The notes beneath the pieces were generated by a model, which was not told where the DNA came from, did no database searches, and was given only the letters and a program-made list of their open reading frames with translations. A stretch of 64,000 nt of DNA from Kiritimatiellia bacterium (lineage in GTDB: Bacteria; Verrucomicrobiota; Kiritimatiellia; CAIVKH01), in assembly GCA_035327585.1 (NCBI GenBank), contig DAOLDD010000014.1, positions 3,494 to 67,493 on the forward strand. Direction: 5' to 3'. Each line of letters starts with the position of its first letter. The stretch's first letter is position 1. A program made the translations under genes and the position numbers. Shown here piece after piece: positions 17,662 to 26,067 of the stretch.

Positions 17662-18062
17662 GCTTCCGCGACCCGCGCACCCGCGCGTTCGAGGCCGGAC
17701 TCAAACGCGTATTCGACCGCATCGACCACGAACTGGAAATCCGGCACGGCGACCGCTACCGCCTGCACCCGTCGCGCCCCGCCACCGGTGAAACCGGGAA
17801 TCCCGAGATGGACGGCCTCTTCAACGTCGGCGCCGCGTTCAGCGCCGGCTTCGGTTCCGCGCACGGCCCCGGCTACCTCGTCAATGTACGCATGGTCACG
17901 CTGCAATCCGTTCCGCCCGACGTGCAGGAGGCGATGGAGGACGAAGTCGTCGCGCTGCTGCGCCAGTGGCTGCCCGACGAATTCCCCGGCCGCACCCTTT
18001 ACGTCGACCGCGACGGCCATGTGTTTAAAATCCACGGCGACCTCAGCCTCGGCGCAGCCTGA
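17658..18062 (+). CDS. hypothetical protein
   Basis: 134 aa ORF overlapping the previous gene by 4 nt (ATGA); no recognisable motif. Confidence 0.4.
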   Translation: MSFRDPRTRAFEAGLKRVFDRIDHELEIRHGDRYRLHPSRPATGETGNPEMDGLFNVGAAFSAGFGSAHGPGYLVNVRMVTLQSVPPDVQEAMEDEVVALLRQWLPDEFPGRTLYVDRDGHVFKIHGDLSLGAA

Positions 18063-18122
18063 AATTTACAACGTCTGTAAAAACTTTTTTACGGACTTAC
18101 AACGTCTGTAATTCCTTTTTTG
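18063..18122 (+). repeat. tandem pair of a roughly 31-nt unit containing TTACAACGTCTGTAA followed by an A/T-rich T-run (copy 1 of 3 dispersed loci)
   Basis: TTACAACGTCTGTAAAAACTTTTTTACGGAC followed by TTACAACGTCTGTAATTCCTTTTTT. Near-identical pairs occur at 27618-27680 and 40340-40398. Confidence 0.8.
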
Positions 18123-18190
18123 GGCGCCGGGTGGTCCGGGCGCTCCGCGCACGGAAACGCCGCGCGGAGCGCGGCGTCCACCCACGAAGC

Positions 18191-19219
18191 CTACCCCCGC
18201 GGGGCGGTGGGGCGGCCGGAGGGACAGCAATTTTCCGGGCAGACGTCGTGATTGGGCGGACGCGCGCCGATGGCGCGTTTCGGCGTCGCGGGGTCGATCC
18301 GCTCCTGCACCAGTTCGCCGAGCATCTGCACGAACAGCGGATGCGTGCCGGGCGTCGCGGCGCGTACGAGCGGGAGACCGAGTTCCTGCGCGAGTTCCTT
18401 CGCCTCGCGGTCGAGGTCGTACAGCACTTCCATGTGATCGGAGATGAATCCGATGGGCGCGAGCACGATGCCGGTCGCACCGGCGGCGTGCGCGGCGCGA
18501 ATCGCGTCGAGAATGTCCGGCTCCAGCCAGGGCTGCGCTGGCGGCCCGCTGCGGCTCTGGTACACGAGCTGCCCGTTGCGAATCCCCGCGGCCTCCGTCG
18601 TGAGCCGGCACGCCTCCTGCAACTGCGCCTCGTACGCGCAGCCCGCGGCCATCGCGGAAGGAATGCTGTGCGCGGTGAAGAACGTCGCGGCGTTCGCGCG
18701 AGCGGATTCGGGGAGCCGCGCGAAAGCCTGCTTCCAGTGGCGCGCCCACACGTCGATGAAGAGCGGGTGGTTGTACCAGACGCGTATTTTGTCGGAGGCC
18801 GGGGCGTCGGGGCCGAGCGACGCGAGCGCGCGAGCGATATCCTCGCGATACTGGCGGCAGCCGGAATAGCAACTGAAGCCGCTGGTGACCAGCGTGAGGA
18901 ACCGTTTCACGCCCGCGGCCTGCATCGCGCGCGCCGCGTCGGCGACGAACGGGGTCCAGTTGCGGTTGCCCATGTAGATCGGGAGATCGATGCCGCGCCG
19001 CTCCAGCTCCGTCTCCAGCGCGGCCTGGAGTTGCCGGTTTTGCAGGTTGATGGGACTCACGCCGCCGAACAATTCGTAGTGGTGCGCCACCTCGCGCTTG
19101 CGCTCGTCGGGCACGTTCTTCCCGCGCAGCACGTTGTCGAGGAACGGCATCACGTCGTCGAGCCCCTCGGGTCCGCCGAAGGACATGATCAACAGGGCGT
19201 CGTAGGGTGTAGTAGGCAT
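18191..19219 (-). CDS. hemH: ferrochelatase
   Basis: Begins ...DALLIMSFGGPEGLDDVMPFL, typical of ferrochelatases; 342 aa with a Cys-containing C-terminal tail. Confidence 0.9.
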   Translation of the reverse strand: MPTTPYDALLIMSFGGPEGLDDVMPFLDNVLRGKNVPDERKREVAHHYELFGGVSPINLQNRQLQAALETELERRGIDLPIYMGNRNWTPFVADAARAMQAAGVKRFLTLVTSGFSCYSGCRQYREDIARALASLGPDAPASDKIRVWYNHPLFIDVWARHWKQAFARLPESARANAATFFTAHSIPSAMAAGCAYEAQLQEACRLTTEAAGIRNGQLVYQSRSGPPAQPWLEPDILDAIRAAHAAGATGIVLAPIGFISDHMEVLYDLDREAKELAQELGLPLVRAATPGTHPLFVQMLGELVQERIDPATPKRAIGARPPNHDVCPENCCPSGRPTAPRG

Positions 19220-19242
19220 GGGGGATTTATTCTTGGCTCTTG

Positions 19243-19278
19243 GTCATTCCGTCATTCCGTCATTGGTCATTGGTCATT
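19243..19278. repeat. tandem GTCATTS heptamer array (half-copy of the GAATGAC palindromic element family)
   Basis: GTCATTCC GTCATTCC GTCATTG GTCATTG GTCATT, in the divergent hemH / EamA promoter region. Confidence 0.75.
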
Positions 19279-19334
19279 AATCTTCGCGCTGGGCGCTGGC
19301 ACCTTTCAACCTGAATCGCTATGTTGAACGTTTT

Positions 19335-20210
19335 ATGTCCACACCGTCCACCAGGGTTTCCGGCGTTCTCTACATGCTCGCGGCGTCCGTCGTGATGGCG
19401 TTGGTGGGGACGTCGGTGAAGTGGGCGACGGACGGGCTGCCCGCGCCGGTCGTGGTGTTCTTCCGCAATTTCTTCGGCCTTGTGGTGCTTGCGCCGTGGC
19501 TGGTGTTGCCGGGTGGGATCACGATCCGGACGAGCCATCTGCGGCTGCACGCGTTGCGCTGCGTGTTCGGATTCTGCGCGATGAATGCCTATTTCTACGC
19601 GATTTCGAACCTCCACCTCGGCAGCGCGGTCGCGTTGAACTTCACGTCGCCGCTGTGGATTCCGTTCATTGCGTTATTCTGGCTGCGGGAACCCATCACG
19701 CGACGGGTGATCGCGGCCTCGCTGATTGGAATGCTCGGCGTCTGGTGCATCCGCACGCCGGAGGGCGGCGTCGTTTCGATGGCGGGCGCGATGGGCCTGC
19801 TATCCGCCGTATTCGCCTCGGGCGCGCTGGTCGGCGTGCGCCGCCTCACGCTGGCGGGCGAGCCCGCGGGCCGCATCGTGTTCTACTTCGCGCTCGGTTC
19901 GACGCTGTTCACGGCGCTGCCGGTGCCGTTCTTCTGGAAGATGCCCACGCCTCACCAGTGGCTGGCGCTCGTCGCGACCGGCGCGCTGGCCTCCGTCGCG
20001 CAGTTCCTGTTGTCGCGCGGATTCGCGCGCGCCCCCGCCGCCGTGGCCGCCGTGTCCTATTACGGCACCGTGCCCGCCGCCGCCTTCTTCGGCTGGCTCT
20101 TCTGGGGCGAGACCCTCACCGCCGGCTTCGTACTCGGCGCCGCCCTCATCTGCGCCGCCGGCATCGCGATCTCCTGGCCCGCCAAGGCCCGCGTCGCGAC
20201 CGCGCATTGA
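19335..20210 (+). CDS. EamA/DMT-superfamily transporter
   Basis: 291 aa, 10 predicted TM helices in two repeated halves. Confidence 0.75.
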   Translation: MSTPSTRVSGVLYMLAASVVMALVGTSVKWATDGLPAPVVVFFRNFFGLVVLAPWLVLPGGITIRTSHLRLHALRCVFGFCAMNAYFYAISNLHLGSAVALNFTSPLWIPFIALFWLREPITRRVIAASLIGMLGVWCIRTPEGGVVSMAGAMGLLSAVFASGALVGVRRLTLAGEPAGRIVFYFALGSTLFTALPVPFFWKMPTPHQWLALVATGALASVAQFLLSRGFARAPAAVAAVSYYGTVPAAAFFGWLFWGETLTAGFVLGAALICAAGIAISWPAKARVATAH

Positions 20211-20251
20211 CAAATCCAAGTATACGGGCAAGTATATGCAAGGAGCAGCCG

Positions 20252-20485
20252 ATGCCTCAGGTTTCACTCTATCTCGACAAGGACACGATGCGCCGCGTCA
20301 CGCGTGCCGCACGGGACGAGCGCGTTTCCATCTCGCGCTGGGTGCGGGAACGGGTGGTTCGGGAAACCAGCCCCCGCTGGCCGGCCGATTACGAAAACCA
20401 GGTGCTGGGCTCGCTTCGCGACGTGACACTGGACGCGCCGCCGCCCCTCAAGCGCGCACACAACAGCAAACGGGCTGAGCTGTGA
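20252..20485 (+). CDS. vapB: VapB-type antitoxin (ribbon-helix-helix/CopG-like)
   Basis: 77 aa starting MPQVSLYLDKDTMRRV; RBS AAGGAG upstream; stop overlaps the vapC start. Confidence 0.7.
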   Translation: MPQVSLYLDKDTMRRVTRAARDERVSISRWVRERVVRETSPRWPADYENQVLGSLRDVTLDAPPPLKRAHNSKRAEL

Positions 20486-20886
20486 CCTACTGCCTGGACA
20501 CCAACACCTGCATCTATCTGCTCAAGGGCAGTTTCCCCCACCTCTCGGCACGTTTCCTGGCCCTGCCGCCCGACCGCTTTGCGCTTCCTGCCATGGTGGT
20601 CGCGGAATTGTATTTCGGCGCGGAGAAATCGGATCGCGCGAAGCTGGTTCGCGCCCGCCTCGCCGACTTTCTGGCCCCCCTGAACATACTCCCGTTCGAT
20701 GAAAAAGCGGCGATTCGCCATGCGGAGACGCGCGCAGCGCTCGAAAAAGCCGGTATCCCGATTGGCCCCGAGGACCTGGTGATCGGCGCCACCGCGCTGG
20801 CCCACGGCTGTGCGCTGGTCACGCACAACACCCGGGAATTCGGTCGCATTCCGGGCCTGCTCGTGGAAGATTGGACGCACGCATGA
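20482..20886 (+). CDS. vapC: PIN-domain ribonuclease toxin VapC
   Basis: Begins MTYCLDTNTCIYLLKG, with conserved acidic residues (D6, E42, D..., D...) of the PIN fold; 134 aa. Confidence 0.85.
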   Translation: MTYCLDTNTCIYLLKGSFPHLSARFLALPPDRFALPAMVVAELYFGAEKSDRAKLVRARLADFLAPLNILPFDEKAAIRHAETRAALEKAGIPIGPEDLVIGATALAHGCALVTHNTREFGRIPGLLVEDWTHA

Positions 20887-21866
20887 ATGCCCTCACCCAA
20901 CGCCCGAGGCGGAACCGGCGGTCGGATGCGATCCGGCGGCTGGTCCGGGAAACAGAACTCACCGCGGGTCACCTCGTCTGGCCCGTCTTCGTCTGTGAAG
21001 GCCGCAACCGGCGGGTCGCGATCCCATCGATGCCGGGCTGCTTCCGGCTCAGCCGCGATCTCGTCGTGAAGGAGGCGCGCGCGGCGTGGAAGCTCGGCAT
21101 CCCCGCGGTCGCGCTGTTCCCCGCGCTGCCGAAGCGGCTCAAGGACCCGCTGGCCACCGAATCGGTGAATCCCGACGGCCTGCTCCAGCAAACCGTGCGC
21201 GCGCTGAAAAACGCGGCGCCGGAATTGTGCGTGATCACGGACGTCGCGATGGACCCCTACTCCAGCGAGGGACACGACGGCTACGTGGACGAGCGCGGCC
21301 GGATCGACAACGACGCGACGCTCGACATCCTCGCGGAGATGGCCGTCGCGCAGGCGCGGGCGGGCGCGGACCTCGTCGCACCGAGCGACATGATGGATGG
21401 CCGCGTGGGCCGCATCCGCGGCGCGCTCGACGCGGCGGGTTTCACGGACACGGGGATTCTTTCCTACGCCGCGAAATACTGCTCCGCGTTCTATGGTCCC
21501 TTCCGCGACGCCCTCGATTCCGCGCCGCGGCATGGCGACAAGAAGACCTACCAGATGGACCCGGCCAACGCGCGCGAGGCGTTGCGCGAGGTCCACCTCG
21601 ACGTCGCCGAGGGCGCGGACATCGTGATGGTCAAGCCGGCCGGGCCGTATCTCGACATCATCCGCGCGGTGCGCGAGGCGGTGCACATTCCTGTCGCGGC
21701 CTACCAGGTCAGCGGCGAATATGCGATGTTGAAGGCAGCGTCCGCCCGCGGTTGGCTCGACGAAGAGGCGTGCATGCTCGAATCGCTGCTCGCGATCCGC
21801 CGCGCGGGCGCGGACATGATCCTCACCTACGCCGCCCCCGCCGCCGCGCGCCTGCTCGCGCATTGA
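20883..21866 (+). CDS. hemB: porphobilinogen synthase (delta-aminolevulinic acid dehydratase)
   Basis: RRNRRS...VFV..G, active-site region DVAMDPYSSEGHDG, and the Schiff-base lysine context VMVKPAG; overlaps the vapC stop (ATGA). Confidence 0.9.
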   Translation: MNALTQRPRRNRRSDAIRRLVRETELTAGHLVWPVFVCEGRNRRVAIPSMPGCFRLSRDLVVKEARAAWKLGIPAVALFPALPKRLKDPLATESVNPDGLLQQTVRALKNAAPELCVITDVAMDPYSSEGHDGYVDERGRIDNDATLDILAEMAVAQARAGADLVAPSDMMDGRVGRIRGALDAAGFTDTGILSYAAKYCSAFYGPFRDALDSAPRHGDKKTYQMDPANAREALREVHLDVAEGADIVMVKPAGPYLDIIRAVREAVHIPVAAYQVSGEYAMLKAASARGWLDEEACMLESLLAIRRAGADMILTYAAPAAARLLAH

Positions 21867-21900
21867 CCGGGCGTGGGCCGCGTGCCATGCTGCGTGCATT

Positions 21901-22593
21901 ATGCTTACGCGTGCCGTTCGCCGTTTCCTGTGCCTGCTCATCGCGCCCGTCATGTTCACGGGCTGTGTGCAGGTGGAACAGACCCTTTCCCTGGACGCGG
22001 AGGGCGGCGGCGTGCTGACCGTCCAATACAGCATGACGCTCGAAAAGCTCGCCGAGCTCGAAGCCCGGGCTCGCGAGGAAGCGGGCGACGACGCGGATGC
22101 CGCGATCCCCTCCCCGCTGGCCTATGACGAGGCGCAGATTCGCGAAGACTTTAAGGAGTACGAACCGATGGGCGTCACCCTTCTTGAGGCGCGCACATGG
22201 GAGGAGGGCGGCTCCAAACATGTCCGGTTGAAAATGAAATTTACCTCCTTCGCCGGCCTCGGCCAGACCGAATTTCTGTCGGACCGCACGCTGAAACTGG
22301 TGCGCGTGGACGACGCGTATGAATTTTCGCAGATGGCGCCGGAATCCGCCGCCGTCGAGGACGAGATGTACGACTTCATGGTGGGCATGATGAAGGGCTT
22401 CCGCGCCACGCTGTCGATCGAGACGCCGGGCGACATCCTGGACAGCAATTCAGATGAAACGGACGGACGGAAGGCCAGTTGGCGTTTCGACCTTGCGAAG
22501 GATCCCGACGCGCTGAAGCGCGCGCAGCAATTGAATCTGCGCGTGCGCTTTTCCGCGGAGGGCCTGGCGTTGGCGGAATTTCCCGAACCGTAA
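21901..22593 (+). CDS. lipoprotein, hypothetical
   Basis: Signal peptide with lipobox (LIAPVMFTGC); 230 aa, acidic. Confidence 0.55.
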   Translation: MLTRAVRRFLCLLIAPVMFTGCVQVEQTLSLDAEGGGVLTVQYSMTLEKLAELEARAREEAGDDADAAIPSPLAYDEAQIREDFKEYEPMGVTLLEARTWEEGGSKHVRLKMKFTSFAGLGQTEFLSDRTLKLVRVDDAYEFSQMAPESAAVEDEMYDFMVGMMKGFRATLSIETPGDILDSNSDETDGRKASWRFDLAKDPDALKRAQQLNLRVRFSAEGLALAEFPEP

Positions 22594-22637
22594 GCGGACG
22601 CGCCCGGGCGCGAAGTAACAGCACTGGGGACGTAATC

Positions 22638-23699
22638 GTGGCGGCTTCACCCAAAACAGCGGATCTGCAGGCCGAGCTGCGCGCGCTCGCGGACGGGCTG
22701 CCCTTCCCGGTGATCGACCTCCCGGAATTTCACCGCGCGGACTTCAACCCGCCCTCGGTGCGCCAGGCGCGCAACTACATCGCGCCCGACTCCTCCATGC
22801 AGGCGGTGGGCCGTTTCCTGATCGAGCGCGGCACGGTCGAACTGCTCGGCCCGGAACTCACCCTTCAGTTGTTCACGGAAATCCACTGGTGCTGCGCGAA
22901 GATCCGCAAGATGAGCCGGGCGCGTTACAAGACCCCGGCCGCCGCGCGCGCGGCGCTGGTGAACGCACGGCGTCTGGTGTCGCGCATCGAAGGTGCGGAG
23001 GAGGAGCTCTTCATCGCGAACCGGCGCATGGTGGTCAACTGCATCAAACCGTACTTCTGGATTGGCCCCGTCTGGCTCGCGGACTTCCTGCAGGAGGGCT
23101 CGAAGGCCCTGGCGAACTCCGTCCGCAAATTTGATTACACGCGCGGCACGCCGTTCTATTCCTATTCTCAAAAGGCGGTTCAGAACCGGCTGCGAAATTT
23201 TTTTCGCGACCACGTGCGCGCCGGCAGTTTCGGCATCCGGCCGAGCCGCGAGATGCAGCTCATCAAGAACATCATCGACACCTGGAAGCGCGACTACGGC
23301 GAGGATCCCACGGACGAGGTCGTTGCGAAGATCGCGGACCTGCCCGCGGAACGTGTCGCGAAGGTACGCAGTTACGTGCACCAGTGGGAGCGCATGCCGG
23401 CTCCGCCCGTCTCGCTCGATGCGCTGTTCAACGAGGACGGCGGCAACCTGTACGAGGTGGTGGAGGATCCGATGGCGCGCGAGGCGTCGCAGGGCGCCGA
23501 GGTCGCCGAGGTGTGGAAGGCGATGGAGAAGCTGCCGGAACGCGCGCGTTACATCATGAAGCTGCGCTTCATCGAGGGCCGCACGCTGGAGGAAACCGGC
23601 AAGCTGCTCGCCCTCACCCGCGCCCGGATCAAGCAAATCCAGGACGCCTCCCTCAAGAAACTCCGCCAACTCCTGCGCAGCGAACCCCGCACCCCCTGA
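22638..23699 (+). CDS. RNA polymerase sigma factor, sigma-70 family (alternative sigma; regions 2, 3 and 4 present)
   Basis: Region 2 (FDYTRGTPFYSYSQKAVQNRL), region 4 HTH (RTLEETGKLLALTRARIKQIQDASLKKLR). Start placed at GTG 22638, because the ORF-track start overlaps the upstream gene; the exact start is uncertain. Confidence 0.75.
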   Translation: MAASPKTADLQAELRALADGLPFPVIDLPEFHRADFNPPSVRQARNYIAPDSSMQAVGRFLIERGTVELLGPELTLQLFTEIHWCCAKIRKMSRARYKTPAAARAALVNARRLVSRIEGAEEELFIANRRMVVNCIKPYFWIGPVWLADFLQEGSKALANSVRKFDYTRGTPFYSYSQKAVQNRLRNFFRDHVRAGSFGIRPSREMQLIKNIIDTWKRDYGEDPTDEVVAKIADLPAERVAKVRSYVHQWERMPAPPVSLDALFNEDGGNLYEVVEDPMAREASQGAEVAEVWKAMEKLPERARYIMKLRFIEGRTLEETGKLLALTRARIKQIQDASLKKLRQLLRSEPRTP

Positions 23700-23975
23700 T
23701 CACCCCGGAAAGGGGTCAGTTCTTGTTATTTACTATTTCGCGCGCGGCCGACCCTTGTATTGTAAAAAAGTAGTACTGACCCCTTTCTCATCGCACATAG
23801 ACCTTGCTTCCGGTGGTGGTGGATGCTGTATCGTTCGTTCTGGGTGATCTGCGTATGGCTCACCGCGGCTCCTTTGACTCTGGTAGGTTTCTGGAATCCG
23901 GCGCTGTAGGCGGATCGCCCGCTCTTTTCCGCCTCTTTGTTGCGTTCACTTTATAAATCAGGGAGGGGATACATC

Positions 23976-24272
23976 ATGGGCGGAGCAGGCGCATTGCTTC
24001 TTCTCGTTGCAGCAATCGTCATCGGGGGCAGCATCTGGGGTGTTTTCAACCGAAGGCGATCAATTCTCTGTGCCATTGCCGGCGCGCTGACCCTTCTGGC
24101 TGCAGGCTTGGGCGGGCTGCACGCATGGGGCGAGTCACGATCAATCCCGTGGACAACCGCATATTTGACCGCTGCCATTATCGGCATTGTTGCCATTGTC
24201 CGGCAGATCCGAGCCTGCAAACAAAACACCAGTAACGCCGACCAAGCGAATGGAGGCGAACCACGCGGATGA
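23976..24272 (+). CDS. small integral membrane protein, hypothetical
   Basis: 98 aa with three TM helices; RBS AGGGAGGGGA upstream of ATG 23976. Confidence 0.4.
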   Translation: MGGAGALLLLVAAIVIGGSIWGVFNRRRSILCAIAGALTLLAAGLGGLHAWGESRSIPWTTAYLTAAIIGIVAIVRQIRACKQNTSNADQANGGEPRG

Positions 24273-24312
24273 GGGCATTGCCGCACCACGCTTCCCGGCG
24301 TACACTGCGCGC

Positions 24313-25005
24313 ATGTTGTCCGAGGCCCCAACGAATTCCGCCCCGCCGGTGCGCCGATGGAAGGCGCGCATCCTGCGACATCGCGCGATTTCGCCGACGG
24401 CTTTCGAGCTGACGTTAAGCCGCGATGGGCTGGCGTTCCAGGCGGGCCAGCTCCTCACGATCCACGGGCGCGATGTCACCGAGGACCGCAACTACACGAT
24501 CGCCAGCGGCGAACACGACGACTTCCTGCAGGTGCTCTATCGCCACATCCCCGCCGGCGTGCTGACCCCGCAACTCGTACCGAAACGCGCGGGCGATGAA
24601 CTGTCCATCTCCGCGCCGTGCGGCGAATTCGTCCTGCGCGACCGCGCGCGGCCCATCGTTTTCGTCGCCACCGGCACCGGCATCGCGCCGTGCCGCGCGT
24701 ACCTGCGCACGCACCCGGATCTCAACCTCACCCTCCTGCACGGCGTCCGCACCGCGGAGGATTTGTTCTATCGCGAGGAGTTCGCGGGCCGCCCCTATTT
24801 TCCATGCCTGACGGCGGATGACCGCCTCGGCTTCAAGGGCCGCGTCACGGACTTCAGCCGCTCGATCGCGTTCCCGCCGGACGCGCACTTCTACCTCTGC
24901 GGCGCGAACGAGATGTTCTACGAAATGCGCGACCTGCTCGCGGAACGCGGCGTCTCCCCCTCCGTCCTCTTCACGGAAGCCTACTACTACACCCATGAAG
25001 CGTAG
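24313..25005 (+). CDS. ferredoxin-NADP reductase-like oxidoreductase (FAD-binding and NAD(P)-binding domains)
   Basis: RNYTIAS (RxYS-type FAD motif) and the NAD-binding stretch IVFVATGTGIAPCRAY; 230 aa. Confidence 0.7.
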   Translation: MLSEAPTNSAPPVRRWKARILRHRAISPTAFELTLSRDGLAFQAGQLLTIHGRDVTEDRNYTIASGEHDDFLQVLYRHIPAGVLTPQLVPKRAGDELSISAPCGEFVLRDRARPIVFVATGTGIAPCRAYLRTHPDLNLTLLHGVRTAEDLFYREEFAGRPYFPCLTADDRLGFKGRVTDFSRSIAFPPDAHFYLCGANEMFYEMRDLLAERGVSPSVLFTEAYYYTHEA

Positions 25006-26038
25006 CGCGCTCGCCCTCCTCCTGCTCGCCGCCGGGTGCGCGGATCACATGCCCCGGGAAGCCGCGTTTCCGGCCGGCGACGCGACGGCCTCCGTCTCGC
25101 TCGCCGCCACGCAGCTCGGACAGCTGGAGCCCGTGCGCGACAGCACCCGGCGAATCATGCTGGCCGTCTGGAAGGAACTCCACGCAGCGGATGGAGCGGG
25201 TGAACTGGCGAAAATCAACCGGATGGCGGGCTCCTATCGCCTGCAGGTCTCCCACTCCACCTTCCGCCTGCTCGACCTCGCCCACTATTACGGCCAATTG
25301 ACGGGCAACGCGTTCGACCTCACCGTCGCGCCGCTGCTGGAAGCCTGGGGCTTCGGCGACATCCCGCCCGACGGGGAGCCGTCCGGCGAAATCCTCAGCG
25401 CCATCCTCGACCTGGTCGGCCCCCACCACGTCCAGTTCTCCGAACAAGGCGCCGTGTCCATCCTCACGCCGGGCACGCAACTCGCCGCCGGGCCGCTCGT
25501 GTATGCCTATGGCGTGGACCTCGCCGTGCTCGACGCACGGAACCGCGAAATTCCTAACCTACTCGTGCGCTGGAAGGACAGCGCCCGCGCGGAAGGAAAC
25601 CCAACACCGGAGACCGGATGGCGCGTGCCCGTGCGCGATCCCTTCGCGAATGCGCCGCTCGGTGAGGTCGACCTCTCCCCGCGCGCCGCGCTTGCCATCG
25701 TCGGCCTCTACGATCGGACGATCACGCTCGGCAACCGCCGCTACGGCGGGATCATGGACCCGCGCACCGGACGCCCCGCCGAAGGCGCCGCGCTCGTCGC
25801 CGTACGCGGTCCCACCTGCACCATGGCGCACGCACTCGCCCAGGCGCTGGTTGTGCTCGGCCCGGAAGAAGGCGTGGAAATTATGCGCGCGTTTCCCGAC
25901 TGCGAAGCGCTGCTCGTGCCTGACCGGCGTCCGCTGGAATGCTGGATGACCCCGGGCTGGGCGGAGCACTTCACCCTCAATCCCGCCCACGCCGCGGCCG
26001 CGCGCGTGTGGACGGTGGAGCGGGAACCGGCGGAGTAG
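24995..26038 (+). CDS. apbE: FAD:protein FMN transferase (ApbE family) lipoprotein
   Basis: Lipobox LLLLAAGC; ApbE-like blocks (FDLTVAPLLEAWGFG, GVDLAVLD, PRTGRPAEGAALV); overlaps the previous gene by 11 nt. Confidence 0.8.
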   Translation: MKRSALALLLLAAGCADHMPREAAFPAGDATASVSLAATQLGQLEPVRDSTRRIMLAVWKELHAADGAGELAKINRMAGSYRLQVSHSTFRLLDLAHYYGQLTGNAFDLTVAPLLEAWGFGDIPPDGEPSGEILSAILDLVGPHHVQFSEQGAVSILTPGTQLAAGPLVYAYGVDLAVLDARNREIPNLLVRWKDSARAEGNPTPETGWRVPVRDPFANAPLGEVDLSPRAALAIVGLYDRTITLGNRRYGGIMDPRTGRPAEGAALVAVRGPTCTMAHALAQALVVLGPEEGVEIMRAFPDCEALLVPDRRPLECWMTPGWAEHFTLNPAHAAAARVWTVEREPAE

Positions 26039-26067
26039 CGAGGACGAGGAGGAGGACGACGAGCGGC

